A DNA stretch of 64,000 nucleotides from Geosiphon pyriformis uo1. Its lineage: Eukaryota > Fungi > Glomeromycota. The position numbers and the translations under genes are program-made. Position 1 is the stretch's first letter; each line of letters opens with the position of its first letter. The notes below the pieces were generated by a model. It had not been told where the DNA came from. It saw only the letters and a list, made by a program, of their open reading frames with translations, and searched no databases. Positions 20,501 through 34,000 of this stretch are shown piece after piece. The DNA is taken from NCBI GenBank assembly GCA_016748015.1, contig JAAOMT010000009.1, forward strand, positions 762,459-826,458, in the 5' to 3' direction.

Positions 20501-22430
20501 AGCTCTCCTTTAAAAAATAGAAACAGCTCTTAAAATTAAACAACTATTTAACAAATTCAAAAAATACTCTAAAATACTTTTATTATAATGTTTTTACAGT
20601 TTATTTAAGATATTAGACAAATCAGCAGCTTTGTTATCAAAAAGACTTTTAATAATACACTTAAACTCATTCAAGTTAACTGTTTTTATAACTTTAAAAA
20701 AACACTATTATCTACATAATTCAAGAATATATAGTAATAAAACCAAAAATTATTTTTAATTTTTGGTATTAAATGTTTTTTTGTCTAATTTTTTATAATT
20801 GTATCTATCTTAAATTGATTTTTTAGGCTCTAAAACCAATTTTTTTCTAACCACCAAATAATTTAATATTATTTTATAAAAAAATTTTTATTTATACAAA
20901 AATTTTTTATTTTTTTTTTAATTATCTTTTTAATAGTTATGACTTTGGCAAACTTCAATTTATGTAGTTTAAAAGTCTGATCTTTTTTTCTAGTTTTAGA
21001 CAAAATACAAAAAATTTTTTCTGTTTTTGCTTTACTTTAACTAAAAAATATACTTTAAAACCAATATTATTAACTTTTAACTATATTTTCATAAGTTAAT
21101 CAACATTAAAGATATTACTAAATACAATAGTTTTGACAATTTTTGAAATTAATACTTCTAACTTATAAAATCTAAAAAACTGTTTGTTTTTAAAAACATT
21201 AAATACATTATAATAATGCTTAAAAAAATTTTTATCAGCTAATTTAATCATTATTCTTCTTAAAATTTTTTATATTAGATCTAAATTTTTCTGTTTTCTT
21301 GTATCCCAAAAATTTATCAAAATTATAGACATTCTAAATAACAAGTAATTTTTAAAATGTTTTCACTTTGTATTTTCAGCATTTTTTATACCAAACTTTC
21401 AATAATTCTTATTAATCTGCATATAAATAGCAAATAAACAATTATTTAAAAGACCACCCAAACCAAAAAAAACCAAAACAGCTTTGTAATTAATATTAAA
21501 AAATTCAGAAACATTAGAAATCTCTTGGTTTAACAATATTAATAAAAAATATTTACTAACAAAAATATAAATAATAGTCTTATTTACGTTTTTTGAATTG
21601 TTTTAAATTAGTAATTTGAATGTAATATTCTCATAAAGTAAATTATACAAATCCAAACTAAAATACCTTTTAAAACTTATATATTATCTAAAGTTATTCT
21701 TATTAAAATCTTTATTCAAAACCATATAAATGCTAATATTAATAGCATTGACAATAAAGTTATTAATATTAGCAGTCTAAAAAAATATAGTTTTAGTTAA
21801 AGAATTAGTATAAAGCCCAATAATAAACAATAAAACTTTGTTTTTAAAAAAAAATAAACAAAAATAATTTGATCAAGAATTTCAAAAATCTTAAAAACAT
21901 AATAAGCCAAGAAATTTATTATTATTAATGTAATATCCAATCTTTTAAAACTTACATTTATGCCAAAATTAAACACACAAATTCTATTAAATTTGTTTTT
22001 AATCTAAAATTTAGTATTTGCTTTTAATTTAGTTTTAGTAATAAATAATACTAAATTGTTTATGTTTTTATGTTATTTGACAATGTTATTTTGCTTAGCT
22101 TTATTATTTATATCTTAAATATTACAGATGGTAAACTTCCAAATCAAATTATTTATTAAGATAAAAAAAATACCAGAGAATTCAAGCTAGTATACAATTG
22201 ATCTAACTTTGTCAAAATTAAATTAACAAAAATTTTAAAAGCTACTATTTTTAACTTTAAACTGTCTACCTTAGTGGTTAAAACTTTAGAATTACTTAAA
22301 TCCAAAACCAAAATCTTGGCAATTGTCAATAAAAAAAAGAAAATAATATTTGTAATTTATTTAAAACTATGTTTAAATTCAAATTCAAATTAAATACTAT
22401 TGAGTTTACTAAAGCAAAAAAGAAGAAAAA
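17540..22430 (-). mobile_element. Heavily mutated LINE (ORF1 C-terminus plus entire ORF2), same subfamily as 37.7-44.5 kb
   Basis: ORF remnants 18064-18291 and 19496-19795 match ORF2 motifs (YLIKTVYKKLSVVIKKKFYNK; YRYLGIFL...LRKALLNKQFSYLV). The 3' UTR at ~17545-17665 and the ORF1/ORF2 junction at ~22150 are collinear with the 37.7 kb copy. Confidence 0.88.
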
Positions 22431-22552
22431 AGGAATCAATAATGCAATGATAATATATTTATTAAGATTAATCTTAATTAATATATAATTAATATATTAA
22501 ATTTTAATTAATTTTGTTAATTTTAAAAACAAAACAAATTATGTTTTTATAT

Positions 22553-23396
22553 TGTTACAGATAATTATTTGGGATCTAGAAACAAATAACAAATCCATAA
22601 CTTAGTGCTCAATGGTTATAATAGTAATGGTATCTAAAAGTTTTGATTGAATCTTTTGTATAATAAACAGAGATTCAAGTGTTGTTTTATCTATCACTTC
22701 CTGAAATTGCAATTTCATTAAATTTTTTTCTTAGCATAATAGTTAGTAATTCTTTTGGTAAGCTATACTCTATTTTTGAGTGTTCTACCCTTACTCCTGG
22801 ATTTTTTAACAGTTACTTTGACATCAATAATTCTGCACATTTAATTTTTAATCAATTAATAAATAATAACAAAACAAAAAAAAAGAAAAAAAAAAAAAAG
22901 ATAAAGATAAAAGCCAAGGCAAGAAAAATTAGTATTCTGTCAATAGTTGTAATTAAGAGCTATTGGTCTAGTGTAATTAGGTATCAATTGCTATTAACAT
23001 AAAGTATTGATAATAGACAATAGATTGTGATTGAAATAAGTATTTTTATTAATATAAGATGTTAAAACTTGGTGGTTTTAAACTAAGAATTCTAGTTGGG
23101 AATTTTGTTCTTTTTGCTTCTAATGTTATTGTTATATATACATAAATTTTGTTATATAAGATTTCTTGAATTTCTCAATTCTCTAGCCAGGAATTTTGGA
23201 ATTTCTGGAATTCTGTAATTCCTTAAAAAAAATTCTGGAATTCTGAAATCTTGCAATTCCTTATACTAAAATCCTGTAATTCTAGAATTCTGTAATTTTT
23301 CTAAGAAGAATTCTGGAATTCCACTTTTACTGTGTCTTATTCTAATTGGCTAATTTGTGTACTAATATATAATTCCTATATTTTATGAGTAATAAT
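22553..23396. mobile_element. Putative solo LTR-like element, split from its last bases (30139-30146) by the LINE insertion
   Basis: Begins TGTTACA. After removing the LINE and one TSD copy, it ends ...TATAACT, a decayed TGTAACA. It is less AT-rich than its flanks and contains a tandem GGAATTCT-like array. No clear 4-6 bp TSD. Confidence 0.35.
23160..23322. repeat. Imperfect tandem array of ~8-bp GGAATTCT/GTAATTCT units
   Basis: Repeated gaattttgga/atttctggaa/ttctgtaatt/aattctggaattctgaa/ttctagaattctgt/gaattctggaattcc. Confidence 0.8.
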
Positions 23397-23529
23397 TTTT
23401 TTTTTTTTATATTTTAACGAGTGAAGTCCAAACGTGACCTAGTGTTATACATCATACAAATGATCTAAACTAGGTGCAAATCATGCGCTTTCTACACATG
23501 ACCAGCCACTTAGGCCAGTCAAGACTACA

Positions 23530-26500
23530 CTATACACTTATATGCACAGAAACCGAATCTCCAATACCTGAAAAAAATAGACAAAATTTACGAAACCCAA
23601 AACCAACACCAAATGCCTCAGCCATCCCCAGCAATCTGACCACACCAGCCGAAAGCACCTTAGGCAAACCAGAAACCGAAGCAGGAATGGAGCCATCACT
23701 TGGAATCAAACCATGCTTCTCTATAAACACTCGGTGTCTGGTCCGGACCAACCAAACATCATCCCAAAATGCTAAACAAAACTCACGCACAAAGCTCACA
23801 ATCCTCTTAGCACCTTTTCTAGAATCTTTAAAGACCAAGATAGACTCACGAAACCATTCATCGAAAACAAAACCCTTACACAGAGCAACACCAACTCCAA
23901 CCTCAGAAACACAAGAAGCTAAGGCCTGTAAGACACATGAAGAAGAGTGAAAAAGACCAGAAAGAGCCTCCCAAGTTGAAACATGTGTGCCCAACAAACG
24001 AGCACGGCCAACGGCATCCTGAGGACACGAAAAGACATAATCCGAGGTCTCAACATCACCACAAAACAGACAGACCACATTGGGGTAACTCCTGTCATAT
24101 AAACGCTTGCGCACAGCAACAGGAAGCCGATGATGGAGAGCCTTCATAAAGTAAGTATGACATCCCGCCATGCGCATGCTGGTAAAACTGGATGCCAAGT
24201 GAGAATCGGGGTGCCACACCATAGAAGACATAGACCAATTGACATCAGCACGCAAATTATCATCCATAACACAAGAACCCACTCCAATCTCCCAATGAGC
24301 TCAGTGAAATGACTGGAAAACATCACGAACAAAGTGTCTAGAATTACCAGAAACCGCCGTGCCACCAGCACATAGAAAATGTTCACTGACTAAATGAGGT
24401 AGGTGCCAAGCAGAGCGAGCAGCACCCTTGACAAGTGCATCAGCACGCTCGTTGTCTGAGACACCTGAATGATCTTTCACCTTAACCCAATTCACATCCA
24501 AATTCTTTTGACAAATGATAGTGGCAATGTGATAACACTTGATCCAACAGCGGTTCCTGAAATCCGGACGAACCAGTAAAGACTCCGACCTACATGCATC
24601 TAAAGCAGCCTGGCTATCCAAGAACAAGTCAATCGAATGAGAAAAAGGAACACACTCAAGAGCCAAAGCTATGGCCTGCAGTTCCGTTAGAGTAGAAGAA
24701 ACCAAACCAGACACCCCAACACCCAAACCCAAGTTAATGTCCTCAAAAAAAGCGGCAGCACTTGCTCTCATGTCAGCAGTGCCCAGACCAGAAAAAGACC
24801 CATCCGTATACACAGAAAGGCGGGCAGCATTAATGGTTGGCAAAGTGTCACGAATCACACCAAAATTATGAAAAAGACGAATATCAGACACAGCTTGACC
24901 ATCCACCAAAGAAGAACCTAAGGAGAAAGGAACAACACCACCAAGAAAGCGAATGGAAAGATCAAACCAGAAAGGGACTGGACCACGAGGGTCTAGTCTC
25001 TTCCAGCATTTGAAGATACCCCAACTGAAAACATTACCATTACAGTCACGAAGCTGTTCCACGAAAGCAATTCCATAACGCCTGAGCGAAGAGATGCACT
25101 TGACAAAACAGGATTCACCAAGAACCAAAAACATAAGAGTACCACACCGACGATAAAAAACACAATCCAGAAGGCCTCCCAAAGACAAATCACACCCAGA
25201 AAAAATGCGAACCACACCCACCAAAAAATTATCCGAGGGACCAATACCAACATGAACCAGAAACAGCAAAGGATGACGAGGATGCCAGCTAAGAACCTGG
25301 AGGTCATGAGACCTATGAGAAAACAAGTGACCCAAGACACCAGTAGAATTCGCAAAAGCAACAACAGAGGCCGATTTACTCTCAACCTGTATCTGTTCAA
25401 AAGTTTTTAAATTGTACAAAGAGGGGTGATGAAGTACATCACTGGGGAAATCACATGGCAACCCAGACTTGGACTTTAAGACCTTGCGAACCAGAGTGTC
25501 CTATTTACTACAAACACCAACAGAAACGAAACTGAACTGAATCCTGTAGCTGATAATAGGAAAAAGAACTGCAGACACCAAATATGCACACTGTTTGTCC
25601 GAAATTGCCTTTCTTAAAACAAGATTCGCAAAGAACCGTACATTAGCCTGGGTCTTAGCCAAGCTGGGCTTCGAAAGACCCTCAGAAGACAAAAAAATAC
25701 CCAAATAGTGATGAGATTCTCCTCTCTTGGCAATGGAAATAGGTGCACCACTGATAGTCAAATGATGGGGATGGCCACCGTTTTGTCATTGTTTATAGAA
25801 ATATTGTTAAACCTAAAAAACTCGCTAGTAACATCAAGGATGTGTTGTGTAGCAGCCTGGCTGCTACCAACCCAGATAGTATCATCAACAAAAGCGCCAG
25901 CAACAAGAAACGAAGACAGCCCAGCTCGAGGATCCATCCGGCCAGTCCTTGATATAAAATGAGAATTCAACCTGTAGCCATACACACTATCCTGTCTCTT
26001 GACCTCACACAAAAGTAAATCATAAAAAATATGCCAGAGAAGAGGCGAGAAAACTTCCCCTTAATCCAGCCTATCATGGACACAATACCCATTAGTCAAG
26101 CCAAAGTCGGTCATCACTTTGTTGACGCGACCATTGTGAATACTGCCAAAAAATCTAATAAACCTGTCACACATTTTGATCCTGACTAGACTCCTCCTAA
26201 GATGTTCCCAACCAACCAAGTCATAAGCCTTGTGCATGTCCTGTAAAACCAGCCAAAGTTCACGGTTCTTTTCCAAGGCATTCTCAACCACAGAACCAAT
26301 AGCAAAAATGGGAGATTAAGTTGTCATACCTTTCAAAACCGAAAAATTGTCCCCACAAAGAATATCAAAAGTGCTGCAAGCCAGAAAGATCCTATCCGAA
26401 AGGATCTTGGAGAGAATCTTGCGGGCCGTTTCAATTAAAGCTATAGGACAGGTGTTCGTGAGAACTCCCTCCCATTCATATGGTTTAGAAATCATCGAAA

Positions 26501-28196
26501 CCCAAGCTTCTCTCCAAGGCCCAGAGACCGACTCACCAACCAAACAGAAATTCAAGAGCACCAAAAGCATATCCAAAACAGATTTGTCACAATGTTTCCA
26601 TAATTCATTGGAGATACCAGAAAGACCAGCCGCTTTTCCATCAGGAAGATCCTTAACAACAGCTAACAACTCATCAAAACTAATTGAACACATGACATCA
26701 GAGAAAGCACCATCAAATACGTAATCCAGAGGCCAATATTGACGGGCCCAATCCTCAGATAAGTCAGACACCACCTCACGTTTTCTGGTCCATCCCTCCA
26801 TAATTTTGTTCACCTTAGACTTAACCAAATCAGGCTCTAAAATCAACTCATCTTCTACAACCAAATGATCCAGGACCACCTTGCGAAGAGGACACTCCAA
26901 AACACTCCTAATGATGTGACCCTTGTTCAGCTCAAAACTCTTTATTCTCTTACCAATAGCTTGCTTGATTGAGGATTCCTCAGCACACTTGGATTCCGCT
27001 AACTTGAAGGAGCGGTATGATTTTCTAGCTTTGGCCAGTGCAGAGCGAATAAAATCAAAATTAGAATCTGAAAGAAACAGAGACTTAACCACCAATGCAC
27101 CAGGAGAGTCGAGTCTGTGCCACACCTCTAACAAAGAAGCAAAACCATCACTAGAAGCCAAACGTGAAGCCTTGACCAACTTAGAAACCAGCAGCTCCAG
27201 CTTGTGAAACCTAGAAGAAGTCTTGGTGAACACGCCATCAAAACCTTTGAACCATTTTTTCTTAAATGTACCACCCACTGAAAGAACCATAATCTTGCGA
27301 ACAATGTCCCACATAGCATCCACATCTGAAAATTTTACTGCCACACCAAAAGCATCCAAGAACATAGAGACATTAGCAGCCGAAGCATCCCTGAACTCCA
27401 ACCACTTAGCTTTATTGGCACTTTTGACATCAAACTTTCAATGATCTTTATTCGCTTGCTTGCGAAGAGAATTCAAATGCGTATCCAAGAGCCCACCTAA
27501 ACCCAAATCCACTGAAACAGCCTGATGGTCTGTGTCAAAATACTCACTGACATTCAAAACCTCATGACGCACTATCGCATTGACAAGACTTGAAAAGACA
27601 AATACGTAATCAATTGTTTTCTTAACGCCCCTAGAATTTTCCCAAGTGGGCATTTTTGCAGCCGGGCTGCCAACTAAAGAATTGACCAGACCCAAATCAA
27701 AGCATCTTTTGAAACTTGTACTTTTATGAGAGCCGTTTTCATTAAAATCACCACCGAGAATGATGAAAGAAGATTTGTTGACAGTCTTTACAATGAGAGA
27801 ATTGATTTCACCAGCTTGAGAAAACCGAACCACTGAAGAAGCACCAGCATAAAGCCCCAAAATCGACACAGAAAGTTTACTCTTAAAAAGTAATTTAATA
27901 GAAAGGAGCCGACCAGGCACCTCAGAAACCTTGCACACATGACGAGCCAAAGAAACATCCATGATAACAGTAACACCCGCACCCAAGTGACCAGAGTCCA
28001 AACCAGAAGTAAATACTCGGACACTGTCGAACTTGTCTGCAATCCACAGACGAACCCTACTCTTTAATTTCGTTTCAGTAATGATAGAGACTAAATTGTT
28101 CATTTCCTTATGCCACCTAATAATGTCTTCTTGCTTAGCAGGATTGTTCATGCCCTTGACATTGCACATAGCAACTTTCTAGACTAAACTGCTCAT
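23530..28196 (-). pseudogene. LINE ORF2 (APE endonuclease, reverse transcriptase, RNase H, C-terminal Zn finger), disrupted
   Basis: APE: CNVKG, ETK, GGDFN, IDYVF, TDH. RT: KAAGLSG, PIALIE, QDMHKAYD, AFVDD, YLG. RNase H: VYTDGS, ELQAI, DSQAA, KVK.HSG, NERAD. Zn finger: CLFCGDVETSDYVFSC. Confidence 0.93.
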
Positions 28197-29987
28197 TGAG
28201 TAAGAAGTAGAGATACCAAAAGCGCACCTAAACTGTCTACTTTGGCCGAAAAGCCCAGAACCATTTCTATTAGACACTTCATGCTGTCTTCCAGCTTAGA
28301 CACCGAAGACATATCAAAAGACACTGCTCCCACAACATTCTCACCACTAGTAGACACACTCAAACTCTCACTCATCACTACATCTGCCCCTTGATCCTGT
28401 GATGAAGGAGTCACCAACAGCTGACATCCAGGGCTAGGCTGGGAAACCGTTGGCCCGAGTGTATCCAACCTCTTAGCCAGCTTACCAACTTGCTTCACGA
28501 GGCTGGCAAGACTGCACTCAAGAGCGGCAAACCTATCGTTGACTTCCATCATAACCAGTTAGGATGGCTTCATCTCTGAAGAAGAGCCATTTGTTACCAC
28601 AAGATTCTGACCAGAGAGGGGGAGCAAAAAAAACCCGCGAGCAACCTTTGTCCAAGAGAGACCACCAAAAGAGACTGGACAGACAACTGGAGCCGAGTGT
28701 TTGGCATAGATGGTTGCCAGTCTGCTTTTATCTGTATCTGAGAAAACCCTACGCAGTGAACTACTAGAAGACAATTTCCCACCAACTGCACAACCCAATG
28801 ATGTGTGACCCAATTTCTCACACTTGGCGCATCTAGCAGAAATAAGATAAGACCAGCGGAGATTGGTGTTCCTGAGTACTGGCGTGGTTCCCACAGCAGT
28901 GTCCAATGATTCAGCAGAGTCGAAACAAACAACAGCACACCTGGCCCGAGCATACATAACAGAATGACGATCAATGACGCACGTTTTCCCACTCACAGAT
29001 CTAACAAAGTCCCAGATATCATGAGCATTGGTTCCCATCGGCAATGTATAGAGCAGTGCCCTATGTTGGTCCCTAACATCCCACGCTTCCTTGTCTGAAT
29101 CAGCCCTAGCCATACGCACAGCATCTTTCCCGATTAAGATGAACCACTCAGCTGCAGCCAAATCAGCCTGATCCGATTGTTCGAATTTCACCACCGCCTT
29201 CTGCCACAGCCCGATTAACTGCATCTTGATCGTCCTAATAACTCCAAACTCGGATAGCACAGCACACACAGCCTCAGCTGATGTTCCAACTGGAATTTCT
29301 TTCACGACCACAGCCCGATCTGATCACCCAGAAGCTTTTTTGAGATCGGTGTTTACTAAGATCTTCGCATTCGCAGCTTTATCAGTAGCTTTCATTAGAC
29401 TCGATTTGGAAGTGAATGTTGCCCTAATGATCCCTGAGAATTTTGAGGGGGTAGATGCCCCCCCCAAAACCATTGATTCCAGAAAACAACTTTTTCACCA
29501 CCACAAGTTTTTCCTGAGAAGATTTGCCAGCCACTTTATCCAAGCCAATATTCAATGCGAATGATTTCCTGACTAAAACATTAACCAAATTTCTCACAGA
29601 AGAAGGGAGCTCAAGAGGAGCATCCGAGAGAACACCATCATCACTACCATTTTTTGAGAAGTCAATTTTCCCCAATGGCTTGCCCAATGCCTTTTTGGTT
29701 TTAACCTTCGAACTTGTAGGCGTCTGATCATAATCTCTACCAGCCAGAGCTCCACCTTCATCATAATCAAAGCTGGTTTCTTCCACCAGACACTCCTCTT
29801 CCATATCAACACTTTCAGATTCAGTAGTGTCTCCAGTCTCCGAACCTCATAAACAAACACCAAGAACTTCAGTAGCAACCCTTCCGTTATTAACACCCTT
29901 TGCCAACACACCTCCCTTCCTCTTTTTCCTTAATGCAACCACTCTAAAACCACTCTCAGAACCAGAAACTTTAGCAGTCTTTTTCAT
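28193..29987 (-). pseudogene. LINE ORF1 (nucleic-acid-binding protein; RRM-like region, CCHC knuckle, C-terminal coiled coil), disrupted
   Basis: Starts MKKTAKVSGSE.., contains CAKCEKLGHTSLGC and ends ...LLTQ*. Broken by stops and frameshifts into ORFs 29424-29804, 28559-29311 and 28193-28552. The RRM assignment is by pattern only. Confidence 0.85.
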
Positions 29988-31032
29988 AACAGCAATAACA
30001 GAGCCAACAGTGGCCTTGTAATCAAAAAACGGTTTTGATTTATCATACTGAATGGTAAAAAACTTTTTTCAAAAAAACTTTTAACTTTTTTTTGGGAATT
30101 TTGGATGAAGGAGAGAAAGAAGTTTTTTGAGTAATAATATATAACTTTAATTAATTAATTTATTAAACTATTTAATTTTAAGAATTAAACTAATTAAATA
30201 TAAACTATACTTTTTTTTTCTTTATTTTTTAGAAATATTGCTAATTTTAATAATATTTAAAAAACATTTAATAATTATTAAAAAAATTTTTAATAAATAA
30301 TTTTACTTTAATATTTAATAAAACTGTTAAAATTAAATTAAATTATGTTAAAACTGTGTTTAATTTTTGAATGACTTTTTATATTTAAAATTAAATATTA
30401 AAAACAATATTAAGCTTTTTTGTATAAAGTTTATATCTTAGATTATTTAAATAATATTAAAAATACTATAAGTATTTTTAACAAAGTTTTTAATATTAAA
30501 TTAAAATCTATTAAATAATAATAATATAATACTATGTATTTTAAATTATATATATTTTTAGTTTATTAATTAATAATTATAATATTTAAATTTAAATAAT
30601 TAGAATTTAAACCAAAAATAAAAACTTTAATTTTAATAAACTTATTTATAATTTAAAATCAATATAATTTTTTAAATTAAACTGATATTATGAATAATTA
30701 AATAATAAATTAGCTTATAAATTAATACTTTTATATTGTTAAATAATTTTAAAAATTTTAATAATTAAGCTCTTTATATAATATTTGATATTAAACTTTT
30801 TTAATATAATAATTAGTTTATTTTGGTGTTTTTATCTTTCTAATAACAATTTAACCAATTAATTTTATGTTTATTTTTGTGTTTTTTATTAAATAATCTT
30901 TAATATTATAATTTTAACACTTTTTTTAATTAATTAATAAACAAAAAACAATAATAAAAATAAAAACAATAAAAAAACATAAATTAATATCTTATTAATA
31001 GTTATAATTAAGAATTATTATTTTAATATATA

Positions 31033-34000
31033 TTTTTTTTATTAATATTTAACGAGTGAAGTCCAAACACTGCCTAGTGCAATACATCATACAAATAATC
31101 TAAACTAGGTGTGAATCATGCATTATCTACACATGACCAGCCACTCGGACCAATCAGGACAACACTAAGCACCTATATGAACAGAAACCTCATCCTCTAT
31201 GCCTGAAAAAAACAAACAAGACTTACAGAATCCAAAACCAATACCAATTGCCTCAGCAACACCCAGCAGCCGAGTCACACCAGATGACAGCCCTAAAGAA
31301 AGCCCAGAAATTGAGACAAGAACTGACCCATTGCACGGAATAAGCCCATTCTTTTCCATAAAAGCACGGTGCTTGGCACGAACCAACCAAATGTCTTCCC
31401 AAAAAGCCAAGCTAAACTCATGCACAAAGGCCACAATGTTCTGACCCACAATTCTGGAATCCTTAAAGACAGAAACAGACTCATGAAACCAATCCTTGAA
31501 AACAAAACCTTTGCATAGAGCAGTACTAACTGAAATGTCAGATACACAAGTAAACATTAGCTGTGAGACACCTGAGGAAGAATGAGCCAAACCAGAGTGC
31601 ACACCCCAAACTGCTGCATGAGCGTCCAACAACTGAGCATGACCATTGGCATCAAATGAACAAGAAAACACATGGTTTAAGACCTCGACATTACTGCAAA
31701 ACAAACACATCACACTGGAGTATTGCTTATCATAAAGCCGCTTACGCATGGCAACAGGAAGCCAATGGTGCAATGCCTTCATAAAGTAAGTCCAGAAACC
31801 AGCAGTCCGCTTGCTAGTGAAGTTAACAGCCATGTGAGAATTCGGATGCCAAACCAGCGATGACTTAAACCAATCAATATCTGTACGCAGACTATCTGCC
31901 ACCACCCCCATATTACAACTGATTTCCCAATATGCATGATGAACTGACTGAAAAATATTCTGAACAAAATGTTTAGAATTACCAGAAATGGCTGCTCCCC
32001 CACCCCTAAGATAGCATTCATTGACAGAATGGGGCAGATGCCAACCAGAGAGAGCTGCAGCCCTGGCCAACTTATCAGCTCATTCATTGCCTAAAACCCC
32101 TGAGTGTCCTTTTATCTCACACCAATTAACTTTTAAATTTTTATGACAAATGACATTAACAATATGGCAGCGTTCAATCCAACACCGATTCCTAAAATCT
32201 GGGCAAACCAATTTTATTTCCAACTTGCAAGCATTCAAAGCAGCCTGACTGTTCGAGAACAAGTCGACTGAGCAAGAAAAAGGGATGCACTCAAGCGCCA
32301 GAGCAATAGCCTGCAGTTCTGTCAAGGTAGAAGACATCAAACCAGATACCCCCACACCCAAACCCATACTAATGTCCTCAAAGAAAACAGCAGCCTCAGC
32401 TTTCATATTAACAGTCCCTAAATCACTTAGAGATTCATCTGTGTAAACAGAAAAATGACCAACATTAGAATTGAATAAACTGGTGCCAATGATGCCAAAC
32501 TCATGAGAACGAAGAACATCCGAAGAGCTGTGATCAGCCAAAAGTGTAGAGCAGACAGGAAGAGAAGACATGCCACCAAGAAAACGAACCGACAGCTTAA
32601 ACCAGACAGGAACTGGACCATGTGGGTCTAACCGCTTCCACTGTTTGAAGGTCTTCCACTTGAAAACAGTCCCATTTTGGTCTCATAGCTGGTCTATGAA
32701 AGCAATCTCATAATGCCGAAGTGAAGAGACACTCTTGACATAATTTGATTTACCAAGAGCAAGAGACATAGGGGTTCCACCCTGATGACAAAAAGTGCTA
32801 GTCAGAGAGCCACCCAATGACAAATCACACCCAGAAAAAATATGCACCACACCCGCCGAAACCAAATATGAAAGTTGCTTATCAGATACTGCCTTTTTCA
32901 GGACTAAATTAGAAAAAAACCGGACATCAGAATGTGCCTTAGCCAAACTAGGCTTCGAAAAACTCTTAGTTGACAAATAGATCCCCAAATAGCGATGTGA
33001 TTCCCTCTTCTTGGCGATAGAAATAGGTGACCTACTGATCAGCAAAGAAGAAGCCGTATCATCACAATTGATGAGAATGGCAACAGTCTTATCATTATTA
33101 ATCGAGATGTTATTGATATTGAAAAATTCACTAGCAACATTGAGAATGTGTTGTATGGCACTTTGACTGCTGCCAACCTATATAGTATCATTAACAAAGA
33201 CACCTGCCACGAAAAATAAAGATACACCAGTCTAAGACTCAGCACAACCACATCCAAAAATAAAATGAGAATTCAATCTATAGCCACACCCATCCGCCTG
33301 TCTCTTAACTTTACACAAAAGAGGATCATAAAATATGCACCAGAGGAGTGATGAGAACACTTCTTCCTGGTCCAAGCCATCATGTATCACGTACCTGTCC
33401 ATCAAACCAAAATTCATCATAACTCTGTTAATGCGACCACTATGGATGCCACCAAAAAACCTAATGAACTTGCTACACATCTTTATCCTAACCAAACTGT
33501 CCTGAAGGTGTTCCCACTCAACAGAATCATAAGCCTTCCGCATGTCTTGCAAGACCAACCAGAGCTCACAATTCTTCTCTAAAGGATCCTCAATAACCAA
33601 ACCAATGGCAAAAATGGGAGACTGTGTTGTCATACCCTTTAAAACCAAAAAATTGTCCCCATGCAGAACATCAAAAGTACTACAAGCCAACGAGATCCTA
33701 TCTGAAAGAATCTTGGAAAGAATCTTGTGGGCAGTTTCAATTAAGACAATAGGTTGGGTGTTCGTAAGAACCCCTTTCCACTCATATAGCTTAGGGATCA
33801 TTGAGACTTAGACTTTTTTTCAAGCACTAGGTATTGACTCACAAATTAAACAAGAATTTAAAAGCACCAAAAGCATGTCCAAAATTGATCTGTCACAGTG
33901 TTTCCAGAGCTCGTTCGAAATCCCAGAAAGACCAGCAGCCTTGTTCTCAGGCAGACCAAAAACCACACTAAACAACTCATTGAAACCAACAGAAAACATT

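Larger units (their letters stand above)
23397..30127 (-). mobile_element. Full-length non-LTR retrotransposon (youngest copy), 11-bp TSD TGAGTAATAAT
   Basis: 5' end AAAACTTCTTTCTCTCC, ORF1, ORF2 (APE, RT, RNase H, Zn finger), 3' UTR ending CACTCGTT plus poly(A). TSD at 23386-23396 and 30128-30138. Confidence 0.96.

Noticed and set aside
23160-23322. CRISPR-like array
   Set aside because: These are short degenerate tandem units without unique spacers, in a eukaryotic context with no cas genes.
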